This document shows, in pieces, positions 39,312-48,698 of a stretch of DNA of 64,000 nt (positions are counted from its first letter, which is position 1; the number at the start of each line of letters is the position of its first letter). A program made the translations under genes and the position numbers. Location of the stretch: the NCBI GenBank assembly GCA_965263035.1, contig OZ253580.1:352001-416000 (forward strand), given 5' to 3'. The DNA comes from Acidobacteriota bacterium (lineage in GTDB: Bacteria > Acidobacteriota > UBA6911 > RPQK01 > JAJDTT01). The notes under the pieces were generated by a model, which saw nothing but the letters and a program-made list of their open reading frames with translations, did no database searches and had not been told where the DNA came from.

Positions 39312-40116
39312 CGGCGAACTCCCGCTTCATCCCTCTGAAGACCAGGCCCCCCAGGAAGAAAGTCGCCAGCGAGAGCCCGGCCAGGGCCAGCCACGACTCG
39401 GGCGCCGGTATCCGGCCCTCCAGCAGCAGCAACCGGTAACCCTCCACAACGTGGGTCAGAGGATTGAGCCGCAGCCAGGGCTGGAACCGGGGCGGCACCA
39501 TCTCCACCTGGTAGAAGATGGGAGTGAACCAGAACCAGAAGACGAGAAGCACCGACAACACCTGTGCGGTGTCTCTCAGGAAGACCTGCAAAGCCGCCGC
39601 CAGCCAGCCCAGGCCCAGCGCCAGCAACATCAGCCAGAAGCTCCACGCCGGCAACAAACAGACGGTCCAGGTCAGCAGGTCGAGATACACGAGCAGAGCC
39701 AGAAGCACCGTCAGCCCGAACAGATGCGTCACCAGGTTGGAGATGGCCAGAGTCAGGGGCAACACCTCCGAGGGAAAGAGAGTCTTCTGAATGAGGTTCC
39801 TCTGCTCCACGACCGAAGTGCAGGAGCGCTGCAAGGTGTCCTGGAAGTAGAGCCAGGGCAAGAGTCCACAAAAGAGAAATACGGCGAAGCTGTCGGTCCT
39901 GCCCAGGAGGGGCCGGACCTGGAAGATGACCTGAAAGACGAAGGTATAGGCCGCCAACAGAACCAGGGGATGGAGAACCGACCAGCAGAGCCCCATGACC
40001 GAGCCCACGTAACGGCTCCTCAGGTCCCGCCTCACGAAGGTCCAGATCAGGTGCCTCCTCACCACGAGTTGGGTGAGGAAGCTGGACAGGATTTGAAACG
40101 GCACCGTGATCTTCAC
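39301..40116 (-). CDS. wzm: Polysaccharide ABC transporter permease
   Basis: RDLRSRY.GS..G..W, TPIFY, LNP. Confidence 0.9.
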   Translation of the reverse strand: MKITVPFQILSSFLTQLVVRRHLIWTFVRRDLRSRYVGSVMGLCWSVLHPLVLLAAYTFVFQVIFQVRPLLGRTDSFAVFLFCGLLPWLYFQDTLQRSCTSVVEQRNLIQKTLFPSEVLPLTLAISNLVTHLFGLTVLLALLVYLDLLTWTVCLLPAWSFWLMLLALGLGWLAAALQVFLRDTAQVLSVLLVFWFWFTPIFYQVEMVPPRFQPWLRLNPLTHVVEGYRLLLLEGRIPAPESWLALAGLSLATFFLGGLVFRGMKREFADAL

Positions 40117-40172
40117 TCGGGAAATGACCTCACTGCGGCCCGCGCCAACTCCTTCCCTTCCCGGCTGTATGG

Positions 40173-40195
40173 TAACAGTCCGTGGTGAAAGTCCC
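40173..40195 (+). repeat. Solo IS/MITE-type end
   Basis: TAACAGTCCGTGGTGAAAGTCCC, identical to 48462-48484. Confidence 0.65.
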
Positions 40196-40306
40196 GCATA
40201 GCACCGAGACCGGGGGCGCTCTCAAATGGTGGCCCCTCTGCTATCATCGGCGGCGACTGTGGATCGCTTCGACGGACTCGGGGCGATGGCCGGTGGAGAG
40301 GGGATA

Positions 40307-41104
40307 GTGACAGAGAACATCCTGGCCCTGGATTTCGATGGCGTGATCTGCGACAGCGCCCGGGAATGCCTTTACACGGCATACGCGTGCTACGGACCCG
40401 TGGCGGGATTCCCTCCCGCATCGAACCTGAGGGAGATCTCCCCGAGCGTGCAGGGACCCTTCTTCCGAATGCGGCCCTTTGTCCGGGACGGCAAAGACTA
40501 TATCGTCATCCTGAATCTCATCCTGGGCCAGGAGGCGGTTTCGCGGCAGCAGGACTTCGACCGTCGCTCCCAGAAACTCCTGCCGGATCTCTGCGCTTCC
40601 ATGGGAGTCTCCAACCCCCGGACATTGGAGGAGGTGTTCCAGGAGCACCGAAGAACACTGCGCCAACGGGACGAGGCGGCGTGGATGGAGATGAACCCTC
40701 TCTATACCGGAGTGGAAGACGGCCTGCGATCCTGCCGGAGCCACTTCGACCGGATCTACGTCACCACCTCCAAGCCCAGCGACGCGGCGGTCAAGATCCT
40801 CCATTATTACAAGATCGATCTCGCCACCGACCACGTCTACGGGTATGACCGGGTCCGGCGGGCCCGGGGCAAGAATGGGCACTTGACCCACCTTCATGAC
40901 CTGACCGGCACACCCTACTCCCACATCCACTTCGTCGACGACCAGGTCTCTCACCTGCAATCGGCGTCGGAACTGGGAGTCGGCTGTTACCACGCCACGT
41001 GGGGATACACGACTCCAGAGCAGGTCAAGGACGGGATTTCGGCCTCGGTGATCCCTCTACACGAAGATTCGGTGGCCGCCTGGATGCGCCGGCGGCTGGA
41101 TTGA
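40307..41104 (+). CDS. HAD-superfamily hydrolase
   Basis: LDFDGVICDS, TSK, FVDD, WGY. Confidence 0.85.
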   Translation: MTENILALDFDGVICDSARECLYTAYACYGPVAGFPPASNLREISPSVQGPFFRMRPFVRDGKDYIVILNLILGQEAVSRQQDFDRRSQKLLPDLCASMGVSNPRTLEEVFQEHRRTLRQRDEAAWMEMNPLYTGVEDGLRSCRSHFDRIYVTTSKPSDAAVKILHYYKIDLATDHVYGYDRVRRARGKNGHLTHLHDLTGTPYSHIHFVDDQVSHLQSASELGVGCYHATWGYTTPEQVKDGISASVIPLHEDSVAAWMRRRLD

Positions 41105-41114
41105 AAGCTGTCGA

Positions 41115-41402
41115 TCAGGACGTCTCACCCTGCCGCGTCTCGGCCTCTCGGGCTGGAGGCGGCCTTTCGGCGTTTTGATCCCGCAGGGAGCGCAGCTCCC
41201 GGACCAGTTCCTGCTGTACCCGGGTCTGCTCCTGGACCGCCCGGATGACCGAGTCCAGGCGCGGCTTGATTCCGAAAATCGCGAACGGAACCAGGCACCA
41301 GATCAGCGCCAGCACGACCAGCAAGCCCAGAATCAGAACAAACGAGCTTCCCAGGATGAAACCCAAGATGTCCATGATCGGCTCGGCATCCATCGGAGAC
41401 AC
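41115..41402 (-). CDS. Small membrane protein
   Basis: Hydrophobic N-terminus, PFAIFGIKPRLD, coiled coil. Confidence 0.6.
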   Translation of the reverse strand: MSPMDAEPIMDILGFILGSSFVLILGLLVVLALIWCLVPFAIFGIKPRLDSVIRAVQEQTRVQQELVRELRSLRDQNAERPPPAREAETRQGETS

Positions 41403-41459
41403 TCCCGAAAACGGCTGACTGATCGTACTCAGCCGGAATTCGAAGGAACCAGCATTGCT

Positions 41460-42320
41460 CTAACCGGCCGGTTCCAGAACGTGGGCGAATTCCTCACGCC
41501 GGACCTGATCTCCGAACAGGACCGGTGCACACCCTTCCAGGTCGTAGAGGAACATGGCCCGGGTAGCCTGTTCCGGATCGACGTCCCGTACCAGAAGCTC
41601 CTCCTCTCCCAGTCCGGTTTCTCCCACGACCCGGCCGTCCGGGGCCACCACCAGGCTGGTGCTGTTCTGATGCTCTTCGTAACAGCAGTTGCAGGATGCG
41701 ACCCAGACCGTGTTCTCGGCCGCTCGAGCCACGATCAGGGAACGGTGAATCGGGATCTTCCAAGCGGCAGGACGGGTGGTGTTGTTCTGAGGGTGAAAGA
41801 TCAGCTGGGCTCCCTGGGAGACACACTCTCGCGTCGATTCGGGAAAGCGGAATCCCTCAAAGCAGATGACCACCCCCACCCGGACTCCCCACAGCTCGTA
41901 GGTCTCGAATCGGGTCCCCGAAGTATAGGCGGTGGCGTCCAGAGGAGTCAGCCGGGCCTTGTGGTGGGTCCCCAGAATCCGTCCCTTCTCCGAGACGACC
42001 AGAGCCGAGTTGTAGGGTTTTCCCAGGACCGGATCCTCCGGGTTGGGAATCTCGGTCCCCAGGATGCAGGCCATTCCCAATTCTCCGCAGCGCTGCGCCA
42101 CCTGCCGATGGAGTCGGGAAAGGTGGTCCACCGGCACCGGCCGCTCTGGTGGGGGCGGCGCCACGTCGACGCGGTAGCCGACGGTGTGGGTCTCGGGAAA
42201 GCAGAGGATCTGCACGCCCTGAGCCGCGGCCTCCTCCATGAACCGAAAGATGGTCCGGGCATTGATCTGAAGGTCATCCACCTGCTTGGCCTGAGCCAAC
42301 CCAATCCTGATTGAAGCCAT
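41460..42320 (-). CDS. Carbon-nitrogen hydrolase family protein
   Basis: FPE, HHK, ICFE catalytic E-K-C triad; RAAEN. Confidence 0.9.
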   Translation of the reverse strand: MASIRIGLAQAKQVDDLQINARTIFRFMEEAAAQGVQILCFPETHTVGYRVDVAPPPPERPVPVDHLSRLHRQVAQRCGELGMACILGTEIPNPEDPVLGKPYNSALVVSEKGRILGTHHKARLTPLDATAYTSGTRFETYELWGVRVGVVICFEGFRFPESTRECVSQGAQLIFHPQNNTTRPAAWKIPIHRSLIVARAAENTVWVASCNCCYEEHQNSTSLVVAPDGRVVGETGLGEEELLVRDVDPEQATRAMFLYDLEGCAPVLFGDQVRREEFAHVLEPAG

Positions 42321-42443
42321 TATCGCCTCCCCCGCCTGCCTCGAATCCTACCATTTCTCTCCACTCTTTCCTCTTTACTCTTTTCTCTTTACTCTTTTCT
42401 CTTTACTCTCCGAACGGTTTATTCTGAAAACGGGAGGACCAAC

Positions 42444-43196
42444 ATGAACAGGATCGATCTGACAGGAAAGAATGCGGTCGTCACCGGTGGAGCTCGGGGC
42501 ATCGGCTATGCCATTGCCCGTCGCATCTTGGAATCGGGAGCGGCCTGCTGTATTTGGGACGTCAATGAAGAGGGCGCGGCCGCGGCCGCGGACCGACTCG
42601 GGGAAAGGGGAGCATGCAGCTTCCGGGCGGTCGACCTGACCCGGGCGGATCAGGTCGATGCCGCTGCCGAAAGCACCCGCGGCGAGCTGGGGTCCATCGA
42701 CATCCTGGTGAACAACGCCGGCATCGCCGGCGCCGCCAAGCGCCTTTGGGAGTACGACCCGGGGGAATGGCACCGGGTCATCGAGGTCGACCTGTACGGC
42801 GTCTACCACTGCTGCCGCTCGGTGGTCCCCATAATGCTGGAGCAGGGCTGGGGCCGGATCGTGAGCATCGCCTCCATCGCGGGCAAGGAGGGCAATCCCA
42901 ACGCCTCGCACTACAGCGCGGCCAAGGCCGGCGTCATCGGTCTGACCAAGGCCCTGGGCAAGGAATTGGCCACCAGCGGGATTCTGGTCAATTGCGTCAC
43001 ACCGGCCGTGATCGAGACCGACATGCTGAAACAGCTGACCCAGCAGCACATCGACTACATGCGCTCGAAGATCCCCATGGACCGTTTCGGGAAGACCGAA
43101 GAAGTGGCGGCGCTGGTGACTTGGCTCGCGTCTGGAGACTGCTCCTTCAGCACCGGCGGCGTGTTCGATATCTCAGGCGGGCGAGCCACCTATTAG
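42444..43196 (+). CDS. SDR-family oxidoreductase
   Basis: TGGARGIG, NNAG, YSAAK. Confidence 0.92.
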   Translation: MNRIDLTGKNAVVTGGARGIGYAIARRILESGAACCIWDVNEEGAAAAADRLGERGACSFRAVDLTRADQVDAAAESTRGELGSIDILVNNAGIAGAAKRLWEYDPGEWHRVIEVDLYGVYHCCRSVVPIMLEQGWGRIVSIASIAGKEGNPNASHYSAAKAGVIGLTKALGKELATSGILVNCVTPAVIETDMLKQLTQQHIDYMRSKIPMDRFGKTEEVAALVTWLASGDCSFSTGGVFDISGGRATY

Positions 43197-43564
43197 ATCA
43201 ATACAGACTTGTAGCGATGGCGCTTGCGGCCTTCCATTCCTGGCTCAGCCGTGGCGCGGCGCCGTTGGAATCAGGTGCCACAAAATGCGAAGGGCCCCGG
43301 CCTGGGGTCAGGCGCGGGGCCCAGAAAGGATATGGTTTCGGTGGCGTTGGGTCTCCTTCCGTGGGGAAACCCTACTTGACACCACTGGACAAGAGTGACT
43401 TCCGTTAGGAGGACGCCACCTCCGCCATACCATGTTTATCTAATTCCACTGAGTCACCTCCTTTCCGGGCAATACCCTCAATCAGCAGGGCCCATCCTGC
43501 TCGGTCCCGTTGGCCGCCCAAGACCGTGGAACCGCCACCGCTTCAGCTTCGAAGCCTGTGGAAC

Positions 43565-44458
43565 TCAGTCATGTTCGACGATCGAACGTCCGCTTGTCAA
43601 ATAGCGGCCAGCAAACCCGTCGATGCTGACTCCGACCCGTCCCGGCAGGAACTTTTGGGCCACCTGAACCATTCGGTCCCTGTAGGCAAGACGGGTGGAT
43701 TGCTCGTCGATTTGCTTCATGGCCCTAGGCAACGCCGTCTTCAGAGTCCGGGACCCGTCCCGTGTGCCATCTCCCTCGATGAAATGGTCGATCACGACCC
43801 GATCCGCGGCTTCACCGATGCGCCGGAAAAAGCGTTCCGGGGCCCGGATCGGCAGCAGCGGAGAAACGGTGATCACGGTAAAGAGACCGAGCCGTCTGAG
43901 CCGGCGCGCGACTTCGAAACGGCGGTCGACGGAACTGGCGTGCGGGGGCAGGCCCGGGAGCGCGTCGAGATCGGTCTCGATGGAGATATGGACCCGCAGC
44001 CGGCAGCGCCGGGAGATTTCCAGACAGAGGTCTTCGTAGTCCATCACCCGGTGGGAGTGGGTCTGGAGCACCAGCAAGTCGGGTGGCTGCTCCAACATGG
44101 CCTCCAGGACGCTGCCGGTCACGCGATAGCGGAACTCCTGGGGCAGGAAAGGCTCGGTGGAACTGGACAGAAAGACCCCGAACCGCCCTCGGTGGCGCCG
44201 AGCCCAGTTCCTTTCCCGCCGCCAATGCCTCCGATATGAAGCGGCCGCGTTCTCCCGGACCTCCAGAAAACTCCCCCAGGCACGACCCCGGGTCACATAG
44301 GGATTGTGCCGGACGTAGCAACCGACGCCGCAGAGAGAGTTGCCGAAACTGCAGCCCCGATAGGGTTGGAGCGAATGGGAAGTGACGGTCTTGAGGAAAC
44401 CGGTGGTCCGGGTGAGGACGTTTCCCACTTCCCGCAGGGCGACTTCCATCTTTCCCAC
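43565..44458 (-). CDS. Radical SAM protein (SplB/Rv2578c-like)
   Basis: LQPYRGC...C...CY, SSSTEP.., SIETD, PLLP. Confidence 0.75.
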   Translation of the reverse strand: MGKMEVALREVGNVLTRTTGFLKTVTSHSLQPYRGCSFGNSLCGVGCYVRHNPYVTRGRAWGSFLEVRENAAASYRRHWRRERNWARRHRGRFGVFLSSSTEPFLPQEFRYRVTGSVLEAMLEQPPDLLVLQTHSHRVMDYEDLCLEISRRCRLRVHISIETDLDALPGLPPHASSVDRRFEVARRLRRLGLFTVITVSPLLPIRAPERFFRRIGEAADRVVIDHFIEGDGTRDGSRTLKTALPRAMKQIDEQSTRLAYRDRMVQVAQKFLPGRVGVSIDGFAGRYLTSGRSIVEHD

Positions 44459-44495
44459 TCCGGCCCGCCGTCTCCAGCGAGTTCGGGACGGATCT

Positions 44496-45095
44496 TCAGT
44501 TGATGGTGCTCTGACCCGGCGTCGGCAGATCGTTGGGGAGGACGTTTCGGTTCACCGCCTGGTCCAGATCGATGACGTAGGTGTGGCGAGACTCCAACAG
44601 AGCCGGCGAATGGGTGGCCGTGACGATGCGCATGTTCTTCTGATCCACCAACTCCATGAGCATCTTGAGCACCCGGCGCTGGTTCGACTGGGACAGGGCC
44701 ATCTCCGGCTCGTCCAACAGGAGCACCGTCCCGTCCGGCAGCTTGGGAAACGAATCCTTGAACAGCGACAGCATGACCTGACCATGACTGGCGGACCGCA
44801 GGAACTCCAACATTTGCGGCTCATCCTTGAAGAGGTGCAACTGGTTCCGGGGGTTGTGCTGCTCGGCGTCGAAGAGACGGACTTCCTTGACCTCCAGGTC
44901 CCGGGTTTCGAGACGGTACGAGAAGTTTTCCAACGTCTCACCCTTGAGGGCGTAGTAGATGGAATGAAGGAGCGTCGACTTGCCGGACCCGTTCTCGCCG
45001 CTCAGCATGATGAGAGGATGACGCAGGTCGATGATCATGGGCATGTGAAAGTTCAGGTTCATGAAGATGGGATGCGTGAGAATTTTCAGATACAT
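44496..45095 (-). CDS. ABC-like AAA ATPase
   Basis: GENGSGKST, SHGQ, LLDEPE.ALS, ATHSP. Confidence 0.85.
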   Translation of the reverse strand: MYLKILTHPIFMNLNFHMPMIIDLRHPLIMLSGENGSGKSTLLHSIYYALKGETLENFSYRLETRDLEVKEVRLFDAEQHNPRNQLHLFKDEPQMLEFLRSASHGQVMLSLFKDSFPKLPDGTVLLLDEPEMALSQSNQRRVLKMLMELVDQKNMRIVTATHSPALLESRHTYVIDLDQAVNRNVLPNDLPTPGQSTIN

Positions 45096-45561
45096 GGTTC
45101 GCTCGTTTCGACGGGGATGATGCCAGCGGCGGAGTTCGCCGCCGGACGGGACCGGAGCCCCATGTTAGGGAGCGTGCCGGGACCCGTCAAGGACAGACCA
45201 GCAGCATGGGTCGTGAGCACGTGAAGTGTCCGGTCCGAGCCGGGCGAGGTCAGGATGAGCTCTTTTCGCCATAAGGAGAGGAGGAGAATGCTATCCCTTC
45301 ACCGACCGGACAGATCAGGTGTCAAAAAACCGGACTTGCAACTGTCTTGAAGTAACCCTTTCGGAGTCATCTCCTTCGATTGGACCACTGGTCTAAAGCC
45401 TGTTCCGGCGCGTTCCTTGCCACGAACCGTCGCAGAGGCGTATTTTGAAGCATTGATCGATAATGTCCAGCGAGCGCGCATCCGATCGCTGTGACTAGAC
45501 CGGTGCCACTGGCGAGCAGGCGTGACGGAAGCATTTTGAACCGCGAGAGCAGGAGTTGGCC

Positions 45562-46527
45562 ATGACGGAAGCGCCGAATGGTTTCATGCGGCAATTCGAG
45601 GCAAAGGGCTACGTGGTGCTGAAGGGAATTTTGGACCCGGAGCAGGATCTCCAACCCATCCTGGACCATTACGGACGGCTTCTGGAAGATCTGAGCCGCC
45701 AGTTAGTGGACGAGGGGGGTCTCTCCAGAAGCTACGACGGCCTGCCTTTCGGGCCGCGTCTGGCGGCCGTCGTCAGCGAGACCGGAGGTGCCTTCTTCCA
45801 GCGGATGGAAATCTCGCTGCCTCAGAGCGGGGTCGACCGCGACACCCCGATTCATCATCCGCCCGAGGTGTTCCATCTTCTCAGACACCCGAGACTCCTG
45901 GATGCGGTCGAAGGTTTCATCGGTCCCGAAATCTACTCCAATCCGGTCCAACACATCCGCATCAAGCCGCCCCAGCGCCTGCTGTCCGAGGACGTGCAGT
46001 CGAATTCCCTGGTCTCGCGCACCTTCTGGCATCAGGACCAGGGCGTCGTGACGCCGGACGCCGACACCACCAAGATGCTGACGGTCTGGGTTCCGGTCAC
46101 TGATTCCACCAGAGAGAACGGTTGCCTGATGGTGGTGCCGGGCAGTCACAGACGGGGATTGGCCGTGCACTGCCTTTCTCCGGGAAAGTTCCAGATACCC
46201 GACCGGCTCATCGGCGCCGGGGCCATCCCGCTACCCATGAAGGCGGGCGACGTGCTCTTCATGCACAAGCTGACCATGCACAGCTCCCTTCCCAATCGGA
46301 GCGACCAGCTGCGATGGAGCTTCGATCTTCGTTACAATCCCACCGGGCAGGCCACCGGGCGCTCCTGGTTTCCGGGCTTCGTGGCGCGGAGCCGTTCCCA
46401 TCCCGAATCGGAACTCCGGGACCCGGCAGCCTGGGCCGAAAGCTGGCGCCAAGCCAGGGACTACCTGGCCGAAGTCGATAATCCCAAGTTTCAACGCTGG
46501 GTCGAAGGCGACCCCCGCTGCGCCTGA
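45562..46527 (+). CDS. Phytanoyl-CoA dioxygenase (PhyH) family protein
   Basis: WHQD, NGCL..VPGSH, GDVLF..H.S..N.S...RWS.D.RY. Confidence 0.9.
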   Translation: MTEAPNGFMRQFEAKGYVVLKGILDPEQDLQPILDHYGRLLEDLSRQLVDEGGLSRSYDGLPFGPRLAAVVSETGGAFFQRMEISLPQSGVDRDTPIHHPPEVFHLLRHPRLLDAVEGFIGPEIYSNPVQHIRIKPPQRLLSEDVQSNSLVSRTFWHQDQGVVTPDADTTKMLTVWVPVTDSTRENGCLMVVPGSHRRGLAVHCLSPGKFQIPDRLIGAGAIPLPMKAGDVLFMHKLTMHSSLPNRSDQLRWSFDLRYNPTGQATGRSWFPGFVARSRSHPESELRDPAAWAESWRQARDYLAEVDNPKFQRWVEGDPRCA

Positions 46528-46560
46528 AGTGTTTCTGACTCTCAAATTCCCGGGAGCAGA

Positions 46561-48338
46561 CTATCCGGCCGGATGAAAGCTCCACAAACGCGGGATGAAG
46601 ATCACGGAGAGGATCCAGAACAGGATGCTCAATGGCACCCCGGTGCGCAGGAAGTCGGTGTACTTGTAGCCGCCCGGGTTGTAGATCATGGTGTTCGTCT
46701 GGTAACCGACCGGTGTGGAAAACCCGGTCGAGGCGGCGAAGGTGATGGCCATCAGAAAGGGCCGCGGGTCGACTCCGATCTGTTCGGACGTCGAGATGGC
46801 GATGGGCGCCAACAGCACGGCCGCGGCATTGTTGCTCATGGTATCGGTCATCACCGAGGTCATCAGATAGACGACAGCCAGCACCGCGACCGGTCCCATC
46901 CCACCCACCATGCCCACCGCGCTCTCGGCGATGAAGCCGGCCGCGCCGCTCTTCTGCATGGCGATCCCCAGAGGAAGGATGCCGGCAAGGAGGACTATGA
47001 CCTGCCAGTTGACGGCGCTATAGAGTTCATCCAATCGCAGACAGCGCGTCAGCACCAGCGTCAGACAACCGAGTAGCGCCGTGACCAGGATGGGAAAGAC
47101 GTTGAAGGCGGCGAGTCCGACGACCGCGACCAGAATGCCCAGCACCAGGGGGGCCTTGTGCCGCAGGGGGGTCCCCGGCACCTCGTCGAGCACGATGAAG
47201 TTTTCGTTGCCCCGGAGTTCCGTGATCTGGGCCTCGTGGGCCTGAATCAACAGGGCGTCCCCAAGACCGAACCGGATGGAGTTGAGCTTGTCGAGAATCG
47301 TCTCTCCCCGCCGCTGGATCGCCAAAACCAGCGCCTTGTGCCGGTTGCGGAAATCCAACTCCTTGAGATTGTGGCCAATCAGCTCCGATCCCGGCGCCAC
47401 CAGAGCCTGGACGAGCCGCAGGTCCCCGGTCTGTAGCGTCTCGTCCCGCAGCTTGAAGTCGACGTTGAGCTCGAGCCGCATCGAGTCCCGGAGGCGCATC
47501 AGCTCGTCGATCCGGCCGCGGACGAGCAGCACGTGGTCGGCCTTGAGGACCTGGCGCAGGGGCGCCCAGACATCCTCGCCGACACGCAGGATTCGAAGGA
47601 CCGTGACGTCATGCTCCTCTCCCAGCCGGCTCTCCAGGACGGACTTGCCGATCAGCGGCGAGTCGTGGCGAATCCGCATCTCGGTGACGTACTCACCCAG
47701 CTGATAGCCGTGGCGAGTGCCGGCGCCTGGCGCTCGGGGAGCAACCAGCGTCCCAGAAGCAGGAAGAAGAGGGCCCCGGCCACGAACAGGATCAGTCCCA
47801 TACGGCTGAACTCGAACCTGCTGAACGCCCCGTACCCGGCCTGCTCGGAGATGGAGCTGACCAACAGATTGGTCGAGGTGCCGACCAGCGTGCAGACGCC
47901 GCCGAACTGGGAAGCGTAGGAGAGCGGGATGAGCAGTTTGGAGGCGGCAATCTGGCGTCGAGTGGCGACGATCATCACCAGCGGTATGAACACGGCGACG
48001 GCCGCCGTGTTGTTGACGAACGCCGACATGACGGTGATCGTCCCCATGATCACGACCAGCGCCGTGAAGTAGCTCCGGCTGAAGCGCAGCATCAGACGCC
48101 CCACTACGGCCGTGGCGCCCGTCTTTTGTAGTCCCGCGCTGAGGATGAACATTGCCGCGACGGTCACGGTCGCCGGATTGCTCAAGCCGGAGATGCCCTC
48201 TTGAGGCGTGACAAGACCCAGGGCGAGCAGGGTGCCGAGCACCAGCAACGCGACGAAATCGATGGAGTACTTCTCGGAGACGAAGAGGGCGACCGCTCAG
48301 ACCAGGATCGCCAGCACCAGGATTGCGTCGATGGACAT
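46561..48338 (-). pseudogene. SLC13/TrkA-C family permease, disrupted
   Basis: In-frame TGA at 48297-48299 and a frameshift near 47705; SAFVNNTA, GTSTNL, TPVGYQTN motifs. Confidence 0.8.
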
Positions 48339-48460
48339 CGCGGAGAATCTATCACGGCGTCCCGGGGGAAACTTCGCCGTCACCGGGACCACTGACGATC
48401 CGATCGCTGGGCGGGGTGCGATCATCGCGCCCTCCGGTGAGGACTGCAGGCTGCTGCGGG

Positions 48461-48628
48461 TTAACAGTCCGTGGTGAAAGTCCCACGAGCACCGAAACCG
48501 TTCCTGCGCCCGCCGGACCAGGCGCAACGGAGGGAGCATACCGGGAGTACGTGAGCCGATAGCAACGCAGTCCGCGCACGATGCAGGGACGGTCGAATGC
48601 CGTGACGACTTTTGCCACGGGCTGTTAA
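48461..48628. mobile_element. MITE-like element (168 bp) with 22-bp imperfect terminal inverted repeats
   Basis: TTAACAGTCCGTGGTGAAAGTC ... GACTTTTGCCACGGGCTGTTAA (19/22 match); no transposase. Confidence 0.7.
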
Positions 48629-48698
48629 GGACGAGTGTCCTCAAGGGGCGACGACGAGCGCCGCCCCTTCGGAGTCGTCTCCAACGCCTTGACGACGC

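Noticed and set aside
48297-48299. In-frame TGA as selenocysteine or recoding
   Set aside because: It lies in an N-terminal TM helix and the gene also has a frameshift; a nonsense mutation is simpler
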